Assembly: GCA_003344405.1 (NCBI GenBank)
Contig: NOWV01000018.1
Span: forward strand, 124,001-188,000
DNA: 64,000 bases
Source: Trichoplax sp. H2
Taxonomy: Eukaryota
Direction: 5' to 3'
Made by a program: the position numbers and the translations under genes. The notes below the pieces were generated by a model, which ran no database searches, was not told the origin of the DNA, and saw only the letters and a list, made by a program, of their open reading frames with translations. Position 1 is the first letter of the stretch. Every line of letters starts with the position of its first letter. Positions 1 through 14,885 of this stretch are shown one piece after another.

Positions 1-3000
1 TAATTAGTACCATAAATCTCAAATACTGATGCGCTCTACTAGTGGAGATGCACAAAACGAATTAAAGGATGAAACGGAAGAAACATTGTTTAGGTGCTGT
101 TTAGAAATCTAATAATAATCGTCCTTATGTTAGAATTTACATTCAGTATCGATATGTTCTTATATTTCTTATAGAACTACTGTGTTAAGATCTTATCTGT
201 TTTATATATATTCTAATGCTTTGCTTCAGAGTTCGAGAAGACATTGTCAAGCGATTGAATGCGGCATTTAAGTTAGTAATGAGCAAAATCACTTTTTCGA
301 GTCATACGTGAACGTATTTTAGCTAATTACGGTAATGTAGGTAACATAGTAATACTATCCCTCTGCCCCACATTAACGAAATGTATTATAATAGAAATAT
401 CAGCAAAATCCAAGCCAATGTAATATTGGCCCTGGGTGGTCTAGCTGTGGCTCTCTTAAATCATATCGAATCAAGTGAAAGTGATCGGACGAATCATCTT
501 GAATGGTTGATAGCATTAGCTGATCAACTTTTAGATATATATAAAGGGCAAACCACCTCAAAAATTAGTAGTAACTTAATTTTAGAGGTATTCTAGTAAA
601 TTAAATTTTAAAACTACATTCAATTCATTTTATTAACGGCAAAACTGTGTTTAATATGAGTTATGATAATATGTTTGAATTATTAAGAATTACTCTTCCG
701 TGATGTCACCAGTCGTTCGAGGGTGTGCTGCTCTTTCACTTTCTCAGCTGATAGCACATTTAGCAGAAATCGAATCAGAAAAATCACAGCTTGTTATGTA
801 TGCTTTAACAGAAGAATTTGCAACTACCAATAGGTGAGATACGACGTGAGAAGAATAAGCTAACAGTAAAATTTACATAACCGCTCAAAAACTTTTATGA
901 AGTTGATTAAACTACAGTTATCTAGAATTCTGTATTGAAATGCATGTTAGAGAAACTTTCTATGTCATTAATATATTGGCTCTTTTTAACCTATAGGGAT
1001 AACAGTTCTCCATTTCTGCTTCTATCGAATACTGCATTAGGGTGTCTGATAAACAAATTACTATCAGCTCCTAGTAGGTAAGTTTTCGCAATCTCCTTTA
1101 TAAAATAGATTGTGACAAAGATGACTTGCAATAACTTTTTTTATCCCGATTTAAATTTAGTGTGACCGCAAATCCAAAAGTAAGTAGTAATATTTCTTTA
1201 TTTAAGTTAAGGAATTGCTTTATTTATCGTAACTAGCACCGGCTTTCAGTGATAGTGACTGAATAACCATACTATTTTTGATAACCTAGTTGCATATCAA
1301 CATATCCATAGCCATAAAATCGCTACAGGATGCTGTGTGTGATGATACCTTTAAATTCAAGTAAGTCAGTAGCTTATTTTGATATCTTTGATGTTATTTG
1401 GTGTGTTTAGCGTATATCTTATATCATAATTATTCACAATATGTCTGAAGAAATGAAGCTGCTTGCAGCTTAGCTGTTGCTGTCGCTAAATTTTCACGAC
1501 ATGAAGACAATTTTAAATCCGTATCGGAGATTAAAAATATCTTAATTCAGAAGCTGAGTGAATGTAGCAACCAGTGTGATCAAAATCTTGTCCAAGTATG
1601 TATTGATAGTCGGAAACTATCTCGTTTTTGCGAAATTGATTAGTCAATAAGTGCATTATTAAAATTTTTGATCTGAAAATTATCAGAACCTCACTTATTC
1701 TCTAGCGATGATAATTTCGACAATGATACAAAATGAATGGATAAGTGCTAGCGAAATTTCACAACTAGATGATATGATTTCTAACATTATGGCTGGAACC
1801 GAGTCTATAAATCAGCGAGCTATTGGTATGCTGATGCGATCGTATCAAGTTTTGAATATTTCGGAATTAAACAATAAAAGTCTGCAAAAATTGCAAGAAT
1901 GGGGAAATATACTCAAAGGACAGGTAGACACCATAATTAGTCAGCCGTTTATCTATATATTTTATAAGGATCTCGGCATACCTTGCGTATTACAAAAATG
2001 GAGCTGCATCTGCTTTATTTTGCAAATTTTTTTTGGTTAGATCGTTAGTGCAGATGCTGAATTATCAATACTTGCAGGTCTGTGTGGATATTTTGGCAGT
2101 GAAAACATTTGGACCGTAAGTAAAAATTAGCTCGCGTACTGTTAATATCGCAAGCAGGCCTAGCCAAAGTTATGAAACAATAAATCGATTTTATAAATTA
2201 GCTCATGTTAAGTGGTTAATATTGCAAAAGTGCATACAAACTTAACGAAGATTAATTACGATATAGCGTCAATCGCAAGTCCAGTATACCGCTAAAGAGC
2301 TGTTATTCATTAAAGGCGTGTACCATAGATTAAACAAGGTAAGTTATACTCGCTACGAATCTAACTACATTCATCAGAACAGTGTCTGACAGGTAACACT
2401 TGGTAATTACTGTTATTAATGTTGTCGGCAGTTATTAAAAAAATCTAATGACTATCACCAATCTGGGAAAGCTGCCTGGCTGATGGGAATCGTTTCATCT
2501 GTGTTAAAGCCGGTTCTGAATGTTAACATAAACTGTAATTGATTTCGGAATTGATATCATGGTTTTAGCTTGTTTGTGAATTTATAGAGCCTATACTATT
2601 TTAGAACTAAATCTAGAGTAAAGGGTATTTCATGTTTTTAATTTCACTACCGTTGCGATAGTTTGCACTGATTACCAGTACCTGGTACGAGCTGATATAT
2701 TACCCAATATATTCGAAACATTACGGCAAGCAGCTGCAAGTATTAGAACTAATAATTATAATTGATATATTTGTGTACATATACTTTCTAATTAATACGG
2801 CTTGCATAAATTTTAATGCTTTACAACTGAGATACAAATGCACTATGTGTTATGCATGATAGAAGATTTTGCCTCTATGCCTGCAGAAAAGGTCAAAGCA
2901 ACATTATCATGCTTACTTGAAGCTACTAAGAATGAATCCGTTTCCCTACCACCAGCGGACTGGTCTTCTATTCTAAATCATATTGTAGAAATTGACAGTA

Positions 3001-5258
3001 AGTTATGACTAGCAAACTTGCAAATATTTTTGTAAGCATCTTAATAGGAAATAATACATGTAGACTGAAAGGTTTTATTTAATTTTTTAAATCAATTGCA
3101 ACGTACAGGAAGCCAGGAAATGGAAGATATCTGCTTAGAATTTGCACTGCAGAATATTAAATCTGGAGCTCTAAAATTTCTTCATGATAGGATAGCGCCA
3201 TCTAGATTTCGCACGCTTTCGGTAGTAGTTTTGTAATTTCTATCATTATTATCAATTTATATGCGTTTGGCTTTAAATGTCAGACATTTATCTTTCTGTT
3301 CTATCTTTAGCATCGTTCCAAATGTACATTGTTGTCATCTTATTTCACTATGATGACTGCCGTACCTGAATGGCAAATACAGTCTTTTACTGAAGGCCCA
3401 TTCCGAGATTCTTTCGATCTTTTGGTAATTATCAGATATAAAGGAGCAATATACTGTAAAAACTAGCTTTCTTTTTAACTAAGATTTTATCTTTATATCC
3501 GATTTTTAACAATTAGAAATCCGATTCGCTGTTGGTTACCAATGCTTTCATAGGATTAAGTCAAGCACTGAAAAATAAGTCGCACATTTATAAAAATTGC
3601 ATGAACTGTATCATTAGCTGCCTTGATTCGATAGTTAGTAATTGGACTATAGAACAAATTACGGTAAGATATGACCAAAATTTTTCAATGGTTAATAATA
3701 GTAATTTAAAATCGGTACGTCATATTGAAACCACTACAATCGATTTTATAGCATCATAGAATCTTTTTCGAATGTTTATCCTTGTTATCGGCAGTAGAGA
3801 TTAGGCTATTATTAAAGGTATGAATAGGATAACCTAAGTAAGCTATGATAAAGATCATGTTAATAATAAAACTTTGTACGCATACTATACTAGACTGTAT
3901 TAACCTTGATTTTGATTTATTTATACCATAACTTTGATAAATGACTAGGGTCAATTTAGTAAAGACATTAGCATTTGTCATCACTTGGTTAAACTATATA
4001 ATTATCCAGTAGAATTTTTGAGTGCCTATTTGCCATGGACAATTCAGGGTAATATCGCGCTACAATGTATACGAGTATATTACAGCCTCGATAAAAGAAA
4101 TGCTAAGATTGTTTTTCATGTTTTTTGCAAATACCGTCTTTAGAACATCATGACATGACTGAATTGGACATAGCTTTGCTAAGTACTATCGAAACCATAC
4201 TATGTTCCAGCAGTAATGCCATCGATACCCATCAGAGTCAATTTACATTGGAATGGCTTGTAGAACAATTAAATCCCATGAGTGACTTTTTACTAAACTT
4301 ACAAGTTACTTCCAATGATTTATCCAAGGTATAACCTACCTTTTCGCTAGTTATGATATATCATGGAATATAGCTTACAGCAAATGTAATAAGTATTCGC
4401 TCTGTTAGTGTACTATAACATTTATTTTGTTTTAAATAGATGTTAGAATGGACATATACGTACGAGTAGAATTTTTTGTTCTTTCTTCGCGTGTTAAAGC
4501 CACAGTTATTTATATTTATTACTTTCAACTAAGTAAACTTACTATGCTATGTAAAAGTCTTACAGTAGTCATTTATTGATTTCTTATTATAGGTAATAGT
4601 GGATTTTCTGGCCGTTATCTGCTCCGTTTTGATTTGCTTAGATCAACAAACGAAGATACTATTTTACTTTTATCCTTTTAATTGTCAGCTCCAGTTACAT
4701 GATCGATTTGTAGGTAGTTCCACGATTGTAGAGCGTCTCGCTAAATATCTACCCGATCGCATTAACCAGCTTTCAAGTCAGGCCTCTTTATATTTAAGTC
4801 AACCGGTATATACAATAGTTTAAGAAGCTTATATTTTTGTTCTACTCAAGTAATCAATCAATATCTTTAATATTTCTAGTTATTGAATTGGTTTACTGAT
4901 TTGCGTCAAAACTTTGGCGATCAACTAACGAAGCCATTGCGTCTAATTTTAAATGGTAAGGTTATTAAAGTAATTGATGAAAACTAGTTTTGTATAACTG
5001 TTAAATCATATGCCTTCGAAATAATGACAAGCTATTGCTTGCGATATATTCAAAGTATATATATGATACATACCGAACAGATGTATTGTATGTACTGTAC
5101 ACGTATCTGCTAATTTATATTTACAAGATAATTTTTACAATTCATTCTTTCATACTGTAGCATGTGAGCAAAGCTGCCTTGGTACTAATAAAGAAATTCA
5201 AGTGAAAAATACATCTAAATATTTATCCCATGTATTTCATGATATAATATCTAATTGA
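1..5258 (+). CDS. FOCAD: Focadhesin-like (FOCAD/KIAA1797, RST1-related) HEAT/ARM protein, multi-exon, 5' end outside window
   Basis: More than 20 short GT-AG exons. Spliced peptides VREDIVKRLNAAF..NISKIQANVILALGGLAVAL..EWLIALADQLL, SPVVRGCAALSLSQL and SLPPADWSSILNHIV resemble recalled focadhesin segments (VRDMLTDEI..SPVVKGNALLALSSLAV..EWVSMVLDTLL; PLPPVNWAALLSPLM). The last exon 5161-5258 ends in TGA. Confidence 0.6.
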
Positions 5259-5992
5259 TTCAAGGACTACTCGAAAATGGTAATCTTAATTCAAATACAT
5301 AGGCAATTAGGCATGCATTGCATACCCGACTATCCACAATGAAATCTATCAAAACTATTTATTGTAAACTGTTACCTAAAAAGCGCATAGAAATCAATAA
5401 ACTGGATATCAAAATTTTTAATTAAGCGCAATGCTTTATTGAATAATATCTAAATTTATCGATTTTAGCAATATAAGTTACGAATGGTATTCGCCCACCT
5501 GCCTTAAATAACGAAACTCTCATGTTGAACATATCCTATTCTAGGATACAAAAATGAAAAGTAGTAAAGCACAAAATGGATGGTTACAGAACCGAAGGAA
5601 TGCGTGCATGCTGTGTTTCACACCAACACATTTTAAATTACGGCAACAGAGTACAATTTGAAGTATTCGCACTGTATAGTAGAAATTTTGATGATATACA
5701 TAGCTATTCCTACAACGAAGGTTGAACCGATATACAAACAGCAGCAATACAATTTATCACACATTACTTGATTAGATAAAGGATACTGACGGCTTTACAT
5801 AACATTGAGTTTAGAATTCCCATAAAAAGATTTATTAATTCAATGGTTACTACTAAAGTTATCACTTTGCTATATATATACCATCGAGATAATACGCTTA
5901 TCAAAAATGTCGCAACACACACTACAATCCATTATACTTGTATTCATATACTTGGTATCTAGTCAGTGAAACTATTACAGATGTAAATTATA

Positions 5993-8900
5993 TTATGAAT
6001 GCAAAGGGTCAGCAACGATCTTAGCATTGTATTTTCTACCAATCAAGTCAACTTGTAGACTTTGACCCGCTTCTTTAACTAGATGTGGTGGCAAGTAAGC
6101 AAATGCTATTCCTTTCTTGGCTTCATAATCGAAACCACCGGAAGTAGTATAGCCTTGAACCTAAAGAAAAGAATTGAAATAGATTAGATTCCCAGTTAAG
6201 AAGGACGGTATTTAAGGAACTCAGTATTGCTTAATAATATTGTCTCTCTCAATATTAGGTGAACGCAATTACTAAGTGAGAGGATCTTAAATCCAGTCTT
6301 TCATATACAACAATAATGTTGCATAAGTACAGTATAATTAATTAAGAAATGTAGCTAAGGTCAGGTTAGATATAAAACTGGAGGCCATAGCAAGGATGTG
6401 AAGAATACTTACCGCATCGTTGACCCAAATAGATTCATTTCCTTCAGCGTCAACGTCAAAGGTATCTACGTTTAAAAATACCAACTGACGTGATGCTTCT
6501 TTAAGCTTTTCTGCTAAAACCGCTTCTTTTCCAATGAAAGGTTTTGTAAAATCTATGTATTTTTCTAGACCAGCTTCTATAGGATTGGTATTGACACTAA
6601 ACTAAAATTATGAAATACATTTGACAGATAATTAACTCCATTTCACTACTTCGGCATCTCTCATGTGACCGCGTGCACATTAACACCGTAATTTATAAAA
6701 AATTTAGTATTCTTGTATATGAATCACCTCAAGGCCAAGAGCTCTAATACCAGCTTTCACTCGCAAATTACTAAGTGCATAACTACCAACATGGCCTATA
6801 TCAAATTCACTTCCAGCTTCCCACAAGTTGTTATGAAGGGCTTCCATGTCACTAGATCTAACATAAAATTCCCAACCAAATTGTCCTAAAAAAATTCCGA
6901 CCGGCTTAGAACGAACGTATTAACATAGTAGCTAATATATTGCATTTTTAAACCTGTAAACGACATAGCTACAGCTCCAACTTCGACACCATTAATTAGC
7001 ACCATCTGGCAAGTGTGATTAGGAAAGTTTGCTTCACTGAAGTTAGAACTTCCAGTGGCTTTTGCTAATATTTCGCGAGATTTTGGCCCAGAAATTGCTA
7101 AACAATTCCATTCTTCAGTTACGTTGTTAATTTCGACGTCGTATTCTGCTGAGTTTTCAATCAACCAACTACGTAATAAAAAATTAATTAATACGCTATA
7201 GGAGCAATTTTGCTAATTTGAACTATGTAAGTAAGAAAATAGAATAAATCTCGAACTGGTACCGTAAATGATGCTTCTCAGCTGCGGCTCCACAAGTCAA
7301 AAAGAAATTATCTTCTTCAAGTCTTAGTACTTCGTATTCACCATAAACGCGTCCTTTTGGAGTTATCATGTGAGACACATTAACTTGGCCAACCTGAATA
7401 GAAGCGTACGAGTGCAATATTTATTTTTTAAATAATTGTAAGATGACGAATGCTGTCATGTATTGCTAGCATGACTTTCTTTGAATGCATTATTTATATA
7501 CCTCGGGTAATTTGTTAGCTAGTACTTTACTTATAAATTTGGCAGCATCTTTGCCCTTCACAGTAACTTTACCATAAGATGAAAGATCGTACAAGCCAGC
7601 CTTGTTAAGAACAAAGTTACATTCTCTACCAACAGGCCCAAACCAATTTGTTCTTTTATAACTAGGTATATATCCAGGTACATCACCGGGAAGACAGAAC
7701 CAATTTGGAACTTCCCAACCAGAACGAAAGCCGTAAACAGCACCATGGTTAGACAGACTAGAATAGAGTCCACTGACTCTCGATGTCGGACGCCCGGCAG
7801 GTCTTTCTTCTTTAGGATACATAATCATGTTATTCAAACCATAAGATTCACTAACTTTATCAAATAGATAATCCCTGGATAAATAAGTAAATGTCAAATA
7901 AGTCAATGTATCACTTATATCAATATCATAATTATTTGATATGCAATATTGGGAGATCGTTACACCATAGCTAACCTAGTCGCCCAAGAATCAAAGCGAG
8001 CACCATCAGTCTCCATTAAATCGTAAGGAGGTTCACCATCTACAATCCAATCTGCTAAATATCGGCCAGCACCACCTGAATGAATGATACCATACCCAAA
8101 ACCAACAGCATTCCAATAATTTCTTAATTCTGAAACAGGTCCGATTAATGGAATATTCTCTGGTGCAAAAGTTATAGGTCCCGAAATAAGGCGCTGAATG
8201 TCAGCATTAGCAAAAGCCGGAAAGCGAGACATGGCAATATTGTAGTGATCGACAATACGATCAATATCAGATTCGAATAGTTCTTTGCCAAAATCTGGTG
8301 GAACACCTTTATCATACCAATCCTTGCATACCACCATTTTATGAGGAGCTTCATAAGGTCCTACTACTAAAGCATCTTTCTCTTGTCTGAAATAATACGA
8401 GCCTTCCAGATCCCTCATAACCGGTATTTCACGTTTAAAATCTTTAAACTCTGGTATGCTACCAGTAACACAATATTGGTGATGAATAGCGACCAAAGGT
8501 AAATCTAAGCCAACCATTTGTCCAATCTTTCGACCATAAAATCCAGCAGCGTTGATAATATGTTTGGCAACTAGCATGCCTTGATCAGTATGAACTTCCC
8601 ATCGTTTGTCAGGTCGTTGTTTCAAGTCGGTTACAGGTGTATTGACATAAATTTCTGCGCCATACTGTCTAGCACCAATGGCTAATGCCTGAGTCAGTGA
8701 ATAAGGATCAATATGACCATCATTTGGGTTATATAATCCAGCTAAAACCGAATCAATATTGATAATTGGACATAATTCTTTAATTTCTTCGGGTGAAACT
8801 ATCCATTGAGGTGCTTTGTTCCATCCGTGACGACTCATGTGATAGTAGATTTCATTGACACGTTCTGGTGTTGTAGCCAAGCGTAGGCTTCCAGGCTTAT

Positions 8901-10237
8901 GGAAACCAACGTCCTAGTAAACAATGATTTTGTGCTCAGCTATAAATTCTATTCATTTTATAATAGGAGTCTAAAATTTGTTATTGATTTCTTTTAATTT
9001 TTCAGTAATAGAGTATGATATTTAATAATTAATTGCTAGTCTTGCAAATGTACAATAGTAGTAATAATGGATATATTTTACGTAGTAGAAGATTGTATAA
9101 ACATAAAATGTAATAATCGATACTTACTTGGCCCGTTTCTGCTTCTAAAACATTAAAGAGGTTAATACTATCCCAATGAATTCTTTTAAGATTAATGCCA
9201 GGATGGAAATAAGTTGCTAATCCAGCCTATAAGTAGATTAATTTTGTAAATAATAGCATAATTGTCAGCAATACGCATAGAATAGTAAATAAGGGTATAT
9301 TTCATAAGGTAGGATATTTGATTGATGTATCACTTTTATTTTTTTGACTATTTAATATTTATTTTTTAGGGGATAAATATGACTATCTGGTAGTATAGCA
9401 TCATATACGCGTAGAGATACAGCATCGACCCACGAGTAATTTCTAGATCATGGGCTACTAGTACTGTAGTAGGTACTTTAAGTTAATTATCAAGTAATAG
9501 TATAAGTAATGTTGGCTATTACCGTAGAGTAAGCATACAAATACGCATGCAGTAGTGTAGTTAAGATAATAATTTCCACTTAACATCATTAGAAAGAGTA
9601 ATGATATAGGGATAGTACGCGTATAGGCAATTAACGGAGCTGTCATTTCACCCATGAATATAATTACCGCGTGCCATGTTGATCCAGCAGTTAATTCTGA
9701 CTTTTCTAGCAAGACAACATCTTTCACTTCTCTCTTGGCTAAATGATATGCAATACTTGCACCTACAGCTCCTCCGCCAATAACAACAGCATCGCATTCA
9801 TCGCTTTGGCGTTTGCTTAACGATGATCTAGAAAAGGAGAACCATCAAGATCTATATCGACTGCAAGGTATTCATACTTAACGGTTATCCTTGATTAATT
9901 CATTATTAGGACGACTTTTGTATGTCTTCATTACATGCAATAGGCATACAATATAAGTAAAGCTACATTAAAAGTAGATTTAACGCAATACAGTGCATAG
10001 TGCATATATACGAGCTACGTCTGATGGCAAATCAATCATATCATTTGTTATTACAGCATGCTATTATTTTTCTGTTACAGAAGAGGTAGAATGCTTTACA
10101 TCCTTGTATTCTTTTTTTTCCCCTCTTTTAATGTCTTACCCTAGTGTCGAAGCGAAACGCTGAGGACCAAGCTTGAGTAACGACTGGCTCTTTAAAGCAG
10201 CCCTGCCACAATTTCTCAATGATGCAATGGATAGCAT
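5993..10237 (-). CDS. DMGDH: Dimethylglycine dehydrogenase, mitochondrial (multi-exon)
   Basis: ATG at 10237 gives an Arg/Ser/Leu-rich presequence-like [31 protein letters not shown]. Then the FAD-binding motif [19 protein letters not shown], the covalent-flavin motif [26 protein letters not shown], and a GcvT-like C-terminal half ([30 protein letters not shown]). TAA at 5993-5995. Confidence 0.93.
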
Positions 10238-12542
10238 AGTTACTGCATTAATAGAAGATAATAAACAAATACCCGTTCAACATGATTGACATGCCCGTGT
10301 ATAAGCGCTACAATCATTTTGGAAAATATTGAACACTGCAATCCGTTTCCTTTCATGTACAATCTCAAGACTAGCACTAAACCCATACGAATATAGTTGT
10401 AGTACTAGTAATATCATGATTTGTGCTATGCATTGGCTGCAGTAGAATACAGCATGTCAACAATATCAAAAGTTCAAAACACTTTTTTTACAGTATTATT
10501 TGCTGCGCAATTTTATCTTATCCTAATGAAGGAGTAGGACTGTCTATTATCTCCTCTCTTGCACTTATTAATCTATTTATTATTATGTTATCGTCAGCAT
10601 CAGCATTGGTGATCTCCTGTCGTATGGGCTTGCACTATCGACTGTATTTCTCAACTATCAACATACTAGCGTTCGGTAGAAAGTAGCGTCATGATGCGAT
10701 TTAGCACTTTAGCAACAGCATCCAAGCTGCAAGAAAGAGTAGGTCAACATTTTGTCAAAGCTGTAAAAATAAATATTACTATGAAGTTAAGAGTACATAA
10801 CTATCTATCCATCATTAACTGGATCCTGATAAGCTTTTAATCTGTTGTATTCCATGTAGAAACAAGAAAAAAAAAATTGCAAATCTCAACTTACGAGGCT
10901 TTAGGTTGGGATCAGCAAGGCTGCGGCGACGAGAAGACTCTTAAGAGTTGACGCCTGGAACTGACTTGTACGCAGTTCAATTTAATAGTTCACTGCTACA
11001 GTACATACTTGGTGCTTGCTTGTGGTCTTTCGTGCTTGGTACTTTTCTCTCATAGGCTAGTCCCTGTTTGGGTGCAGGAGGTCTACTATACAGTACAATC
11101 GAGTACAGTACTGTACACTGTACACTGTATAGTACTGCTTGAAGTCATATGGGCGCTGCCTCTGCAAACTATAAAAACTGGATTTTTTTTCCACAACAAG
11201 AGCATCAATTAATTATATATTATACTGTATTGATTTATTTATTTATTGAAGAGTATAATGTCGATATACTGCATAAAGAATGATGATCATCATAATAATA
11301 CAGGAATAGTAATAACTACCAGTACTTCTTGTTTGCACTCTATTAACATAAACAGTACTATACGTATGCCATAAGCTAGCGAATTATGTTCCCGCTCACC
11401 CGCCCGTCATCAGGCGACGATTTTTACTTTATTTGACATTTGATGGGAGGCAATTTCTACTAATCTGTGTTGCTATTATACAGTACAGACTTTAGATGCC
11501 AACCTTGTTGCCGTATGAATCGATTCCTATAATCTATCCTAGCAACTTATGGCAAAAATAGACTAATTCATTGAATCGATGTATACCTTATGGCGAATTG
11601 ATTAGCGTACAGTATATTGCATATGCAACATTCTGCTGATCTCATTTCAAGGGCACCCTGCAGAACAACTAAGATTGCACAACACAATTACCCAACAACG
11701 TTTTTTTTTTCCCTTCCGCACAACACGTGGATTCATTATAGAATTATAGGAAGAGAGAAAAACAGTTTACGGAGTACTGCAGTCCCGAAGTCGACTACTC
11801 TTCCACTTAGTGCTTGTCTCTTTTTATTTTGGGATTATTTTTTTATTTTTTTTTTGGATTCACTGTCGTCCTCTGCCTTTACGGTGTAGACCACTATTAT
11901 AACAGGTGTTAGGTGAGTTGGCAGAGATGAAAAAAAAAAAGAAGCATCCTATGTCTCCATTTCTCCGGTGAAATCAGTTGCACCAAATTGCAATAGCATT
12001 TGTCTTCTTGTGCCAAACGGTAATGTTATTATTGATACATGCGTACGTCATGGCTTATGTTGACAAATCAAGTAGTAAATTAATTAATTCAAATAGGGCC
12101 AGTGAACAGCTCTCACACCGGCGTCGTGTATTGACTCACTTCACGGCATTGTACTCTAATCATGGTGTCAACCTACACTATGGTCAAGTACGATACATAC
12201 GTGTACAGAGGGCTGAACTGTACAACAGACGCCCCCCCAAAAAACTCCTCTTTTTATTGTTTACATAACCAGTTATACCGGTTGCAACGTTCCAACGAAG
12301 ACATGGTTAACCACTGTCCATGTTGCTCATGATCAACCGACTGTATCATAATACTGCAAAACAATGCACCACACATGCGTAATACTATTATAATATTATT
12401 ATCTACTATATTATAATGTAGATATATAATCTACAACAAATTAGTTATGGCGTTGGAAAATTGCAAGCTACACTCATAGATTGGTAGACACTGGTATACT
12501 GGATGCATATTTATCCTTGTACTGTACGTGTACTTTTCCAAC

Positions 12543-13210
12543 TGGAAAAATTTCAATTTCAAAAATAAATAAATTTGAAATTATTTGACCCCAAAAACGA
12601 CAATAATAAGCCAGTCAGCGTTAAGCTCTACGTTTACTCGTCATGACACTGCATGAAGGACTGCCTTGCTTGTCCGGTCTTTGCTAATTGCAACCAATAC
12701 ATTACTCTACGTTATGCATTTCAATGACAATCGTTGAAGTACAGTATGCCAAATAGTGTATCACAATGACTACTGGCATGACCAAACCTGCTTTCATCCA
12801 AGCAAGGTAACTGTTGTAGTCCAACCTTCATTGCATGTCTTTGTTTTACAATGCTAATTGACATTAGTATTATAAATGGAAAAATTTCAATTTCAAAAAT
12901 AAATAAATTTGAAATTGTTTGACGTAAAAACGGCAATAATAAGCCAGTCAGCGTTGAGCTCTACGTTTACTCGTCATGACACTGCATAAAGGACTGCCTC
13001 GCTTGTCCGGTCTTTGCTAATTGCAACGAATACATTACTCTACGTTATGCATTTCAATGACAATCATTAAAGTACAGTATGCCAAATAGTGTATCACAAT
13101 GACTACTGGCATGACCAAATCTGCTTTCTTTCAAGCAAGGTAACTGTTGTAGTCCAATCTTCATTGCATGTCTTTGTTTCGCGGGCTAACTGACATTAGC
13201 ATTGTAACTG
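12543..13210. repeat. Direct tandem duplication, two copies of about 334 bp
   Basis: TGGAAAAATTTCAATTTCAAAAATAAATAAATTTGAAATT begins at 12543 and again at 12877. The copies stay collinear with few substitutions. Confidence 0.92.
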
Positions 13211-14611
13211 TATCGTTCAAATCGAGCTAACCAACCAGTGCTTCATGACAATATTGAATTAATCGAGTTTTATGCTTGCATTCAACATAAGCTTTTACTA
13301 CAACATGCAAACTAAATAAAAGATAGTTCTAATATATAGTCACGTATGTCGCGATTTAATTGGTGTGCGCTATTATGCAAGCATTATAAAAATTCTTTCT
13401 ATTTATTTTATTTTATTTAACCTATGAGTTCAAATCGGTAGGCTCGTGCTCAATAAGTTTTGTGTACGATGTACACTTATTGTACAGTATGTGATAATAC
13501 GTCGTACAAAGGCGACAAGTACAATGACTTGTATGGCTTCAATTCAATCTAACAAGACATTGAAATTGCTGTCATGTATCCCCATGAAATTCAAGTTTTC
13601 CATCTACTATCCAACGTAGTGGACGGTGATGATGGTGCAATAGTAGTTTTTATTTATGTTTGTTATGTATTCCTACACTAGCACCATTTCACTGTTGGAC
13701 TGTTAGCGCTTCCAAAATGATAAATAATACAAAGAAGTGACTGGCTGAAAGTGATATGAAATGACGGACGCTATAGCACCAGTTTACTGCATCAGTTATT
13801 CCGACATTTCTGTTGTCTATTCAACAAATGCCTAGAAACCTGGATAAAGCATTACTGCTCGACCATAAGTAAACTTCCATGTGAATGTATATCAATCCAA
13901 CTAGAGACTCTACCACCCACCTGGTCGGGGCTTTGAAATCAAGTAGTTGCCGTAGCAAATGAATACAGGAATAGCACGATGTTTATTTACAAACAGTGCT
14001 CCTTTGCGAGCTGTGAGTAGTAATTGGAGATCAAGGTCAGGATTCATTCCACTATGGAGTGTATGATACATTGGTATTTTTTTAACTGGACTGTACTGGA
14101 CAGAATAGTCGGAGTTTGTCTTTGCAACAGCAACACCGTCTACCGTATGGGTCAGTACTGTAGACTATAGTAGAAACGGTACACAACGCTATGCTATAAA
14201 AAGTAGAGTAACCGCTTGAAAATTATTCTTCCTCTTTCAGGATTTCGCATCAGCATCGACTGCAGCAGTAATAGCGAGCTTGGAAAATCTGTCCTAGCAG
14301 CGTTACAACTGATTCTCTTCACATTGATTCCAATTTTTCATCTTTTTTTCCTAACCAGGTAAGAGTATCATTGTTAAGAATAAAATGATGTATTGAACAA
14401 ATGAACAATTTATCTTGTGCAAGCAATTCACTGGCGTTGAAGTCTTTACTTCCAATTACTCTGCTTGCCCTAATGATGCAAAACTTGAAAGAAGTAGTGT
14501 CATTACTTGATGTAGCGAGTATGGTGTACCCATTGAATTAGAATGTGTTAGCCGTTTTTTCAAGATATATTTGCAACATTTACCAGTTGGTAAAGGAGTA
14601 AATGAGCGACG

Positions 14612-14885
14612 GTTGTCTTTGAAAATATTGTATATTTACCGTCCTTGCTATTTTCAATTTCAAACTAAAAGTCCGTTGATAACTTACGGCTACGATATGA
14701 TTGCCGTCATTGTTCAACTGGAAATATTGTTGATGTACAATGTACGTTGTCCTTGAAAATATTGTATATTTAGTGTTATTGCTATTTTCAATTTGAAACT
14801 AAAAGTCTGGTGCTAACTTACGGCCACGATATGATTACCGTAATGGCTCAACTGGAAGTATTTGTTGACATGCAATTTACGGTCC
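14612..14885. repeat. Diverged tandem duplication, two copies of about 134 bp
   Basis: GAAAATATTGTATATTTA at 14621 and 14755, each followed by collinear TTGCTATTTTCAATTT.AAACTAAAAGTC...TAACTTACGGC.ACGATATGATT. Confidence 0.85.
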
